Positions 1 through 8,588 of a stretch of 64,000 bases of DNA are shown one piece after another. The DNA comes from an uncultured Opitutus sp. (GTDB lineage: Bacteria; Verrucomicrobiota; Verrucomicrobiia; Opitutales; Opitutaceae). The number at the start of each line of letters is the position of its first letter. Position 1 is the stretch's first letter. The stretch covers positions 1,184 to 65,183 of the forward strand of contig CAYZCV010000003.1 of assembly GCA_964476965.1 (NCBI GenBank). The letters are read 5' to 3'. Under the pieces are notes generated by a model. It saw nothing but the letters and a program-made list of their open reading frames with translations. It was not told where the DNA came from and searched no databases. Both the position numbers and the translations under genes were made by a program.

Positions 1-792
1 GCCCAACTCGACGACCTGCGAGTGGGCGTCACCAGCGAGGGCCAGATGGAAGCGCTTTCCCGCGTGGCCGCCGCGACCGGTCGGAAGTTGAATGTCATGC
101 TCGCGGTCGACACCGGCCTGAATCGAGAGGGCGTCCGCTCCGACGAGGCCGCGGGCAAGCTCGCCGCCCGGCTCGCCCAGAGCAGCCACCTCACCCTGCG
201 CGGACTGTACTGTCACGAGGGTCACTTCTACAGCGTCGACCCCGCCACCTTCGCCGCCCAGGCCGAGGCGATGGTCAGTCGGCTCGACCGGGTGCGAAAC
301 GCCATCGATCCCCAGCTGGCGATCTGGCCGGGCTGCAGTGTGACCGCCCGCATCATTGCCGAGCACAGCGCCGGCCGCGTCCAGGCGGTGCGCCCCGGCG
401 CCTACATGTTTGGTGACCTCTCCCTCGCCCGGACCACGGGCGTGATGTCGCCCGCCGATGTCGCGGTCGAGATCCTCGCCACCGTCATCGACCGGCCCGA
501 GCCGGGGCTTGCGCTGATCGATGCCGGCTCGAAGACGTTTTCGTCGGACCGCACGCCGCTCAACCTCTTTGGCGCGGCGGCCGACGGACGGGACATCAAT
601 GTCGTGCGGGTCAACGAGGAGCATGGCTACCTCCGCGGCTCCGAGGTGGACAGCCTCCGGATCGGCGACCGCATCCGCCTCGTGCCCGCCCACGTGTGCA
701 CGGTGATCAATCTCACCGACTCGGTGGTCGTGACCGATGGCGTCCAGGCCGTCGACACCTGGCCGGTCGACGCCCGCGGTCGGACGCAGTAG
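1..792 (+). CDS. PLP-dependent D-serine dehydratase-like / D-threonine aldolase-like enzyme (alanine-racemase fold), C-terminal part; 5' end lies upstream of the window
   Basis: Frame 1 is open from base 1 to the TAG at 790-792; the track ORF 22..792 starts at an internal GTG. C-terminal motifs GAYMFGD, EEHGYL and RLVPAHVCTVINL match my recollection of the DSD1 / D-threonine aldolase family. Not searched. Confidence 0.55.
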   Translation, partial: AQLDDLRVGVTSEGQMEALSRVAAATGRKLNVMLAVDTGLNREGVRSDEAAGKLAARLAQSSHLTLRGLYCHEGHFYSVDPATFAAQAEAMVSRLDRVRNAIDPQLAIWPGCSVTARIIAEHSAGRVQAVRPGAYMFGDLSLARTTGVMSPADVAVEILATVIDRPEPGLALIDAGSKTFSSDRTPLNLFGAAADGRDINVVRVNEEHGYLRGSEVDSLRIGDRIRLVPAHVCTVINLTDSVVVTDGVQAVDTWPVDARGRTQ

Positions 793-931
793 TCCGCCCT
801 CGCACCATGGCCCCCGACTCAAGCCATCCGCGCCAAGCCTGGCCTGCGGAGGGCCGCCTTGGCACCGATCGCCCCTCAAGGAATCCGGCGCCCGCCTCAC
901 CGACGCTGTTCCGCCAGAGATTCTCCCGCCC

Positions 932-2170
932 ATGACCCTCACCTCCGATTCCCCCTCCCGTCGGGCCTGGCTCATGGTGGCCCTGCTCTGGTTCGTCGCG
1001 TTCCTGAACTACCTGGACCGCATGATCCTGATCACCATGCGCAGCTCGATCAAGGAATCGATTCCAATGACCGATGCGCAGTTCGGCCTGCTCACGACCA
1101 TTTTTCTGGTCACCTACGGCCTGCTCAGCCCGCTCGGCGGTTTCGTCGCCGACAAGATGAATCGCAGCAAGATCATCATCTTTTCCCTCTTCGCCTGGTC
1201 GGCGACGACCTGGCTCACCGCGCACGCCGACACCTTTGGCGAACTGCTCTTCTACCGCGCGCTGATGGGCATCAGCGAAGCCTGCTATTTTCCGGCCGCG
1301 GCGGCGCTGCTCATGAACTATCATCGCAACGAGACCCGCTCGCTTGCGAATGGGATCCACCTCAGCGGCGTGATGGTTGGCTCCGGCCTCGGCGGACTCG
1401 GGGGCTGGATTGCGGAGCGGCATGACTGGACCTTCGTCTTCGAGCTTTTCGGGGCGCTCGGCGTGGCCTACGCGGGATTGCTCCTGCTGGTGCTGCGCGA
1501 CCGGCCGGCCGACGCGGTGGAACCCGGCGCGCCGAAGGTGGAGGCCCCGCGCGTGAAGCTCGGCGAGGCCATGATCAGCCTCTTCAGCCGGCCGGCATTC
1601 CTGCTGGCCCTCGCCTTCTGGGGCCTGCTCGGAGTCGCCAGCTGGTCCTTCTCGGGCTGGCTGCCGAGTTTCCTGCAGGAGGAATTCGGGATGAGCCAGG
1701 GCCGCGCCGGCCTCACCGCCCTCGGCTACATCTACTCCGCCAGTCTCATTGGCATGGTGCTCGGCGGCTTCTGGGCCGACCGCTGGAGTCAGTCCAATCC
1801 GCGGGGCCGTATTTACGTCGGCGTCATTGGCGTGCTGGTGGCGGCACCGGGCGTGCTCCTCGTCGGCAACTCCGGCATCCTCATGCTGGTGCTGCTGGGC
1901 ATGATCCTTTACGGCCTGACCCGGCCCTTCCCGGATGCCAGCATGGTTCCCTTGGTTTGCCAGATCGTCGACCCGCGCTACCTCGCGACCGCGGTCGGCG
2001 TGCTCAACATGTTCGCCGTCCTGATCGGCGGCCTGACCATCTACATCGGCGGCGTCCTGCGCGACGCGCAGGTCAACATCTCGCTCGTGTTCAATTTCGG
2101 CGCCTTTGGCCTCGTGGTCTGCGGCGCGCTGCTCTGGCTCGTCCGCCCCAAAAAGTCTCCCTCTGCGTAA
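932..2170 (+). CDS. MFS transporter (organic-anion / sugar-acid permease type)
   Basis: Track ORF 737..2170 trimmed to ATG 932 (MTLTSDSPSRRAWLMVALLWFVAFLNYLDR). The 65 upstream codons are Pro/Arg-rich and look non-coding. About 12 hydrophobic segments; LNYLDR and GGFVADK motifs are typical of MFS_1 permeases. Confidence 0.8.
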   Translation: MTLTSDSPSRRAWLMVALLWFVAFLNYLDRMILITMRSSIKESIPMTDAQFGLLTTIFLVTYGLLSPLGGFVADKMNRSKIIIFSLFAWSATTWLTAHADTFGELLFYRALMGISEACYFPAAAALLMNYHRNETRSLANGIHLSGVMVGSGLGGLGGWIAERHDWTFVFELFGALGVAYAGLLLLVLRDRPADAVEPGAPKVEAPRVKLGEAMISLFSRPAFLLALAFWGLLGVASWSFSGWLPSFLQEEFGMSQGRAGLTALGYIYSASLIGMVLGGFWADRWSQSNPRGRIYVGVIGVLVAAPGVLLVGNSGILMLVLLGMILYGLTRPFPDASMVPLVCQIVDPRYLATAVGVLNMFAVLIGGLTIYIGGVLRDAQVNISLVFNFGAFGLVVCGALLWLVRPKKSPSA

Positions 2171-2174
2171 CCCC

Positions 2175-4511
2175 ATGAACTACGTCACCACCCTCAAGCC
2201 CCGCGACCTCCAGCTGGCCGCCGAGGGCCTCGCCGGCTTCCTGCCCGACGAGATCTACGACATCCACGTCCATCCCTACAACGAGCAGCACTTCGCTCCG
2301 GGCGACTGGGCCTTCCTCAAGGGACACCCGATCCTCGGCTGCCGCGAGCACCGCGAGGCCCTGCGGCGCTACATGCCGGCCAAGACGATTCATGGCCTTT
2401 ACTTCGGCATGCCGAAGAAAACGGCCAACCGTCCCGCGATGAATGCCTGGGTCTCCTCCGAGGTGAAGGCCCATGGCACCGCCCTGAGCCGCGCCCTCAT
2501 GGTCGTGTCACCCGCGGACGACCCGGCAACCGTCGCCGCGGCGCTGCGCAGCGGGGAATTCTGCGGGATCAAGGTGTACCACTGCTACGCCAACCGGCCG
2601 GACACGATGAACGCCAGCATCGAGGAGTACGTGCCCGAGTGGATGTGGGAAATCCTCCACGAGGTGCGAGGCGTGCTCCTGCTGCACATCGTGCGCGACG
2701 GCGCGATTGAGGACGCCGGCAACCAGGCGGCCCTCCGACGCCTCTGCCGGGCGTACCCGAACATGCGGCTGATCCTCGCGCATGTCTCGCGCAGCTTCAG
2801 CTACCGCAATGCGCGCCGCGCCCTGCACACGCTGGCCGATCTCGACAATGTCGTGGTCGATACTTCCGCCATCTGCGAGGCCGAGGCTTTCCGCGCCGCC
2901 CTCAAGGTGCTCGGTCCGCGTCGCGTGCTCTGGGGCTCCGACTTCGCGGTGAGCGAGATCTATGGCCGCTGCGTGACCACCGGCAGCCTCTTCTTCTGGC
3001 TGCACCCGGAACTGATCCGGCCCGACTACCTTGCCCCGACCAGCCACGACATGACGCTCGTGGGCATCGAATCTCTCCTCAGCCTGCGCGAGGCTTGCGA
3101 CGACACCGGCCTGACCTCCGGCGACATCCAAGATCTGTTTCACGGCAATGCCCTCCGCCTGCTCGCCCCGCATTTGCCGGCCACCGCGGCGCCAGTCGAA
3201 ACGGCCGGACCCGATCTGTGGCAGCGCGCGCGCACCGTGATCTCCGGCGGCACCGGCCTTCTCTCCAAGCGGGCCGAGATGTTCGACGCCCAGTCGTGGC
3301 CCGCTTATTTCTCCCGCTGCTCCGGCTGCGAGGTGTGGGACCTCTCCGATCGGCGCTACGTTGACTTTGCCGGCGGCGTCGGCGCGATTCTGCTCGGCTA
3401 CGCCGACGCGGACGTCACCTCCGCCGTGCAGCGCCGGCTCACGCTCGGCACCTACTGTTCCCTCGTCAATCCACAGGAGGTCGCCTTGGCCGAACAGCTG
3501 CTCGCGCTCCATCCGTGGGCCGGCAAGGTTCGGTACGCGCGCGGCGGCGGTGATGCCATGGCCATGGGCGTGCGCATTGCCCGCGCCGCCACCGGCCGCT
3601 CTGGCGTGGCATTCTGCGGCTACCACGGCTGGCATGACTGGTACCTTGCGGCCAATCTCGGCGAGAGCGACGCGCTGAACGGACACCTCCTGCCCGGCCT
3701 CGAGCCCAAGGGCGTGCCCCGCGAGCTCAAGGGCACGTCGGTGCCATTCCGCTACAACGACCTTGAGTCGCTGGACGCCGCGCTCGCCAAGCTCGGCGGC
3801 AATCTCGCCGCGGTCGTGATGGAGCCCATGCGCTCCCAGCTGCCCAAGGACGACTTTCTGGCCAAGGTCGCCGCGCGCTGCCGGGCGGCGGGCGGCGTGT
3901 TCGTGGTCGACGAGGTCACCAGCGGCCTGCGCTACGGCTTCCCCGGTGCGATGAGCCGGCTGGGCATCGAGCCCGATCTCGCGGTCTACGCGAAGGCCAT
4001 GAGCAATGGTTTTCCCTTCGGCGCCGTGGTGGGCCGCGACGCCATCATGAAGGAGGCGGACGGCAGCTTCATTTCCTCCAGCTACTGGACCGATGGCGTC
4101 GGCCCCGCCGCCGCGCTCGCGGTGCTGGACAAGATGCGGCGCCTCGGGGTGCACGAGCAGGTGTGGCAGCGCGGCGGCGCGCTGCAGGCCTCGCTGCGCG
4201 CCCTCGCCGCCAGCCACCCCGCCTGCAAGCTCGTTGTCGGCGGCATGCCGGCCACGCCGACCATGACCTTCGACCTCGGACCGGACGCGCCGCTCGCCCA
4301 GGCGCTCTATGTCCGCAAGATGCGCGCGCGGGGCTTCCTCGTCGCAACTTACTACTACGTCATGTTGGCCCACGACGAGGGCCGCATCCGGCAGATGCTC
4401 GACGCCGCCCACACCAGCATGGGCGAGATCGCCGCCATCATCCAATCCGGCCGCCTGGCCGAGGAATCCGGCGTCGCCCGCGGTCTCCGCGGATTTGCCC
4501 GGCTGGCCTGA
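2175..4511 (+). CDS. Fusion protein: N-terminal metal-dependent TIM-barrel amidohydrolase (amidohydrolase_2-like) + C-terminal class-III (glutamate-1-semialdehyde-aminomutase-like) PLP aminotransferase
   Basis: Track ORF 2106..4511 trimmed to ATG 2175 (MNYVTTLKPRDL), 4 nt after the upstream stop. N-terminal half: HVHPY, GIKVYH, LLLHIV, ILAHVS, WGSDF. Linker PATAAPVETAGPD at about nt 3175-3210. C-terminal half: GVGAILLGY, DEVTSGLRYG, YAKAMSNGFPFGAVVG (PLP-lysine context). Confidence 0.75.
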   Translation: MNYVTTLKPRDLQLAAEGLAGFLPDEIYDIHVHPYNEQHFAPGDWAFLKGHPILGCREHREALRRYMPAKTIHGLYFGMPKKTANRPAMNAWVSSEVKAHGTALSRALMVVSPADDPATVAAALRSGEFCGIKVYHCYANRPDTMNASIEEYVPEWMWEILHEVRGVLLLHIVRDGAIEDAGNQAALRRLCRAYPNMRLILAHVSRSFSYRNARRALHTLADLDNVVVDTSAICEAEAFRAALKVLGPRRVLWGSDFAVSEIYGRCVTTGSLFFWLHPELIRPDYLAPTSHDMTLVGIESLLSLREACDDTGLTSGDIQDLFHGNALRLLAPHLPATAAPVETAGPDLWQRARTVISGGTGLLSKRAEMFDAQSWPAYFSRCSGCEVWDLSDRRYVDFAGGVGAILLGYADADVTSAVQRRLTLGTYCSLVNPQEVALAEQLLALHPWAGKVRYARGGGDAMAMGVRIARAATGRSGVAFCGYHGWHDWYLAANLGESDALNGHLLPGLEPKGVPRELKGTSVPFRYNDLESLDAALAKLGGNLAAVVMEPMRSQLPKDDFLAKVAARCRAAGGVFVVDEVTSGLRYGFPGAMSRLGIEPDLAVYAKAMSNGFPFGAVVGRDAIMKEADGSFISSSYWTDGVGPAAALAVLDKMRRLGVHEQVWQRGGALQASLRALAASHPACKLVVGGMPATPTMTFDLGPDAPLAQALYVRKMRARGFLVATYYYVMLAHDEGRIRQMLDAAHTSMGEIAAIIQSGRLAEESGVARGLRGFARLA

Positions 4512-4530
4512 GCCAACCTCACCCCGAGCC

Positions 4531-5523
4531 ATGAACCCAATTCGCGCCAAATCCTTCGTCACCTCGAGCCGCCGGCGTCTCCAAGCCGTGCCCGACTGGC
4601 CACGGCTACCGGCCTCCATTGTCTTTGATCGCGTGGTCGGCGTCGGCCTCGATTCGCAGCAGCGCATCTACGTCGCCCATCGGGGTGACCATCCCCTGCT
4701 CTGCCTCAATCCCGACGGCACGCTGCATCACGAGATCGGCGCGGAGGTCCTGACCAAGACGACCGCCTACGACCTGCGCGGGCCGGTGCCGATCCCGATC
4801 GCGACCCGCTACTGGCTGCATGGGCTTCATGTGGATCCCTGGGACAATCTCTGGATCACCGACGTGGGCCGTCACCTCGTGATGAAGTTCAATCCCGCCG
4901 GGGAACTCGTGCTCACCCTCGGGATGGACGGCGTCTCCGGCTGCGACGACAAGCTCTTCGGCCAGCCGACCCACGTCTGCGTGGTTCCGACCGGCGAGGT
5001 GTTCATCACCGATGGCTACGGCAACTCGCGGATCGTGAAGCTCGACGCCAGCGGGCGATTCCTCGCTTCCTGGGGTGCGCGCGGCACCGAACCGGGAAAC
5101 TTTCACACACCCCATGTCATCACCCGAGGTGCGGACGGACTGCTCTACATGACCGATCGCGAGAACGACCGGATTCAGGTCTTCAATGAGAGCGGTGCGC
5201 TCCAAGCCGAGTGGCCCGGCCTGCATTCGGTCGACGGCCTCTACGCGGCGCCCGATGGCTCGATCTACGGTTCGGCCGGCATCGACAACGCGGTCATCCG
5301 TTTCTCACCCCGCGGCCGCATTGAGGACGTCTGGGCGGATCCCGGCCAGTTCACCTACCCGCACGGCATCGCCGTCGACGCCAGTGGTGCGGTCTACACC
5401 GCCGAGTCCGGGGATGTCTGGTCCCGCACCGGAGACCTTGCCGGCTCCCACGCCACCCTGCTGCCCCGCGCCGGGGCCGAGGGCAGCGCGCTGCGGAAGT
5501 CCGTGGTGGTCGCGGGGCCCTGA
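4531..5523 (+). CDS. NHL-repeat six-bladed beta-propeller, homologue of peptidyl-alpha-hydroxyglycine alpha-amidating lyase (PAL)
   Basis: Track ORF 4309..5523 trimmed to ATG 4531; the upstream part overlaps the previous gene. Eye alignment to the animal PAL core along the whole length: VAHRGDH, WITDVGRHLVMKF, FGQPTHVCV, ITDGYGNSRIVK, FHTPHVI, MTDRENDRIQVF, YPHGIAVD. Confidence 0.7.
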   Translation: MNPIRAKSFVTSSRRRLQAVPDWPRLPASIVFDRVVGVGLDSQQRIYVAHRGDHPLLCLNPDGTLHHEIGAEVLTKTTAYDLRGPVPIPIATRYWLHGLHVDPWDNLWITDVGRHLVMKFNPAGELVLTLGMDGVSGCDDKLFGQPTHVCVVPTGEVFITDGYGNSRIVKLDASGRFLASWGARGTEPGNFHTPHVITRGADGLLYMTDRENDRIQVFNESGALQAEWPGLHSVDGLYAAPDGSIYGSAGIDNAVIRFSPRGRIEDVWADPGQFTYPHGIAVDASGAVYTAESGDVWSRTGDLAGSHATLLPRAGAEGSALRKSVVVAGP

Positions 5524-5528
5524 AAACG

Positions 5529-7382
5529 ATGTCCGCCCCCGCGCGCAGCAATGGCTCCTCCGCCGGCCTCAGCCGCCGGGCCTTCCTCGGCGGCAGCGCC
5601 CTGACGGCCGCCGCGGCCGGACTGGCCGGAACGTCCCGTACGCGCGCCGCCACGGCCACCGTGGGCGAGCCGGGGACGGTCGCCCCGCGACCACTGGCCC
5701 GGCACCGCAATCTCTTCAACGGCGATTGCAATTTCCTCTTCTACAATCCGGAGCTCTGGCAGCCGGAGGGCGGGCCCTACCGCGCCACGGCGATTCATCG
5801 CTTCGTGACGCTGCTCGCGCGCAGCGGCGTCGATACGTTGCTGGTCAATCCCAACACGCAGGTCGCGTGGTACCCGTCGGCGAAGCTTGAGTCCGTCCTG
5901 CGCGGCTACCGGCGCGGCGACCGCGACTACGCCCGGCGAATCGCCGCGGGCAACGCGGGCCTGTCACCCGCGCAGGCCGAGACCTTCATTAACCAGCTGA
6001 TCGGCCTGCTGGACCTTTACCTGGACCTGTCCGAGGCCGGGGTGGACTGGCTCGCCGAATGCGCGGTCGCCTGCCGCCAGCAGGGCATCAGCCCTTGGCT
6101 GAGCTACCGCATGAATGCGACCCACTTCTCGGGCGCGCCGGACAGTCCCGTCAATGGTGTCGTCTTCCGCGATCCCGCCAACCGGCTCTCCGGACGCGTG
6201 CCCGGACCCGGCAACGCCACGCATGCCGGCTGGGTGGGCCTCAACTACGGCCAGCGCGCCGTCCGCGATCACATGCTCGCGCTGATTCGCGAGGGGATCG
6301 AGACGTATGACTACGAAGGCCTCGAGCTCGACTGGCTGCGCCATCCCGTGTGCCTCGAGGCGGGCGCCAGCGCCGGCGCGACCGAGGAAATGACCGAGTG
6401 GTTCGCCGGGATCCGCGCCCTCGCGTCCGCCCGCCGGCCCGGCTACCCCGTCGGCCTGCGGATCCCGTCGAATCTCCCCTACCTCCGCAGCATCGGCATC
6501 GATGTGAAGGCCCTGGTGCGACGCGGCCTCATCGATTTCGTCACGGTGAGCAATTTCTGGCAGACCTCATGGGAAATGCCCCACGACGAGCTCCGGCGCG
6601 AACTCGGCCCGGAGGTCACGATCTACGGCGGGATGGAGGACGCGCCCAACTGGCTCGAGGCCTACGCTCCCGCGCTCACGGTGCGGCCTGAGGGTCCGGA
6701 GATCCAGCTCGCCGGTGACAATGCGCTGAAGACGAGCACGGCCCCCGCGCGCGATCCGGCCATCCGCGGCACGCGCTACCTGACGGCCAGCGCCGAGTTC
6801 ATGCGGGCCAACGCCGCAGGCAAGCTGGTGCTCGGCGCGGATGGATTGGAGCAGTTCAATTTCTTTGTCACCGACCAGGTGCGCGTGCCCGGGCAGCGCG
6901 GCGACTACGCGGCCCTCCGCCAGCTGACCGACCTCGCGTTTCTCCGCGGGAAGGAAAAGCACTACGCCCTCAACACGACCTCGGTGCAGCCGACCAAGCT
7001 GTGGGATGTCCCGGAGCAGTTGCCCGTCAGGATCGCGCCCCGGCACCGTCGCGCGCTCCGGCTGCCGATGTGCGCGGAACCAGCGGACGCCCCGCTGCGC
7101 CTCGTGATCCAGGTCGTGCTCCCCGCGTCGGCCGCGCAACCCGCCCTCGGGGTCAGCCTCAACGGAGCCTGGCCCGGCTTCGCGGCGACGCGGACGCAGC
7201 AACTGCTCTTTCCCTGCGGCCCGTATCGAGATCACGTGGCGGAGCACGCCGCGTGGAATTTCTCCGGCAATCCGCAGGCGATCCGCGAGGGTTGGAATGA
7301 GATCGTCCTCTACAATGAATCAGCGGAGGAGCTGAATGTCATTGCGGTCGAGGTGGGCCTGATCGATCAAGCCCGTCCGTGA
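5529..7382 (+). CDS. Tat-exported protein, putative glycoside-hydrolase-like (beta/alpha)8-barrel; family not recognised
   Basis: Twin-arginine signal (LSRRAFLGGSALTAAAAGLAG...TRAATA). Motifs GLELDWLRHP, GLRIPSN and DFVTVSNFW and an alternating beta/alpha pattern suggest a TIM barrel. Starts 5 nt after the upstream gene. Confidence 0.4.
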   Translation: MSAPARSNGSSAGLSRRAFLGGSALTAAAAGLAGTSRTRAATATVGEPGTVAPRPLARHRNLFNGDCNFLFYNPELWQPEGGPYRATAIHRFVTLLARSGVDTLLVNPNTQVAWYPSAKLESVLRGYRRGDRDYARRIAAGNAGLSPAQAETFINQLIGLLDLYLDLSEAGVDWLAECAVACRQQGISPWLSYRMNATHFSGAPDSPVNGVVFRDPANRLSGRVPGPGNATHAGWVGLNYGQRAVRDHMLALIREGIETYDYEGLELDWLRHPVCLEAGASAGATEEMTEWFAGIRALASARRPGYPVGLRIPSNLPYLRSIGIDVKALVRRGLIDFVTVSNFWQTSWEMPHDELRRELGPEVTIYGGMEDAPNWLEAYAPALTVRPEGPEIQLAGDNALKTSTAPARDPAIRGTRYLTASAEFMRANAAGKLVLGADGLEQFNFFVTDQVRVPGQRGDYAALRQLTDLAFLRGKEKHYALNTTSVQPTKLWDVPEQLPVRIAPRHRRALRLPMCAEPADAPLRLVIQVVLPASAAQPALGVSLNGAWPGFAATRTQQLLFPCGPYRDHVAEHAAWNFSGNPQAIREGWNEIVLYNESAEELNVIAVEVGLIDQARP

Positions 7383-7398
7383 TTTTCCCTTCGCTGTC

Positions 7399-8580
7399 AT
7401 GACCTCCACGCTCATCACCCACGCCCGGATCGTCTTCCCCGGCGAGCGCATTGCGTCCGGCGAACTGTTGCTGCAGGACGGCCGCATCGCGGCGATCAAT
7501 CCGGCGCCGGCGGCGATTCCGGCCGGCTGCGTGCGTTTCGATGCGGGCAACCGGCTGCTCACGCCGGGTCTGATCGACCTCCACACCCATGGTATCGGCC
7601 ACAGCCTGTACGAGGCCGGACCCGAGTCGCTCGTCAATGGGCTCGCCTTCGCCCCACGCTTCGGGACGACCGGCATCCTGCCCACGCTCTACCGGGTGAT
7701 GAACCGCGCCTCGTTGCCCCTGCTGGCCGAGCTGTCGCGGGCCCTCGATGGCATCCGCACGGTTTCCGTGCCGGGCTGGCACCTTGAAGGACCCTTCCTG
7801 CGCTTGCCCGGAGCCGGGGCCGACACCATTCCGGGGGATCTGGGGTTGCTGGAGGACATCCTCGCGGCAACGGGTGGACGGACCCGCGCCATGTCGATCA
7901 GCCCGGACACGCCCGGAATCCTGCCCGTGATCGAGCGCCTGCGGGAGCGCGGGATCGTGCCCTTCATCACGCACACGCGCGCCTCGGTTGTGGAGACGGA
8001 GCGGGCCCTCGACGCCGGGGCGCACCACGCCACGCACTTCTACGATGTGTTTCCCCTGCCGGACATCTCCGAGCCCGGGGTGCGACCCTGCGGTGCGGTC
8101 GAGGTGCTGCTGGCCGATCCGCGCGGGACCGTCGACTTCATCGCGGACGGCGTGCACGTCGAGCCCGTGGCGATCCGCGCCGCGCTGGCCGCCAAGGGCT
8201 TTGGGGGCGTGGTGCTGATCACCGACTCGAACATCGGCGCCGGTCTGCCCGACGGGATCTACCCGACGACCTTTGGTTTTCCGGTCAAGGTCTCGGCCAC
8301 CAACGCCGCCCGGATCCACGATCCCGGTCACAAAAACCACGGATCCCTCGCCGGGTCCGCGCTGACCATGAATGTCGGCATCGCCAATCTGCACCGCTGG
8401 CTGAAGCTGCCCTCCGAGCAGATCTGGGCCATGGGCACCGCCAACCCGGCGCGGGTGATGGGCCTGGTCAACAAGGGCGTGATCCGCGTGGGCGCGGACG
8501 CCGACGTGGTGGTCTGGAACGAGGACCTCACGTCGCTCGGCACCTGGGTCGCGGGCGAATCCGTCCATCGCGCCGCCTGA
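7399..8580 (+). CDS. N-acetylglucosamine-6-phosphate deacetylase-like amidohydrolase (NagA family)
   Basis: GLIDLHTHG (metal-binding HxH), HLEGPFL, MSISPD, ITHTRAS and HATHFYDV parallel the NagA motifs I remember (HLEGP, TLAPE, GHTNA, THLYNAM). Confidence 0.65.
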   Translation: MTSTLITHARIVFPGERIASGELLLQDGRIAAINPAPAAIPAGCVRFDAGNRLLTPGLIDLHTHGIGHSLYEAGPESLVNGLAFAPRFGTTGILPTLYRVMNRASLPLLAELSRALDGIRTVSVPGWHLEGPFLRLPGAGADTIPGDLGLLEDILAATGGRTRAMSISPDTPGILPVIERLRERGIVPFITHTRASVVETERALDAGAHHATHFYDVFPLPDISEPGVRPCGAVEVLLADPRGTVDFIADGVHVEPVAIRAALAAKGFGGVVLITDSNIGAGLPDGIYPTTFGFPVKVSATNAARIHDPGHKNHGSLAGSALTMNVGIANLHRWLKLPSEQIWAMGTANPARVMGLVNKGVIRVGADADVVVWNEDLTSLGTWVAGESVHRAA

Positions 8581-8588
8581 TTGTCCTC

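Noticed and set aside
713-2176. A 487-aa minus-strand ORF, together with many similar long ORFs that mirror real genes. Examples: 2508..4667 (-), 15402..17672 (+), 34576..36504 (-), 36314..38536 (+), 44807..46093 (+), 46137..47432 (+), 47454..48698 (+), 50884..52839 (-), 53665..55308 (-), 55345..57162 (-), 58834..59781 (-), 61761..62747 (-).
   Set aside because: These are antisense 'shadow' ORFs typical of high-GC DNA. Their translations are dominated by Arg, Gly, Ala and Pro with no recognisable motifs. Each is almost exactly co-extensive with an opposite-strand gene that has clear family signatures.
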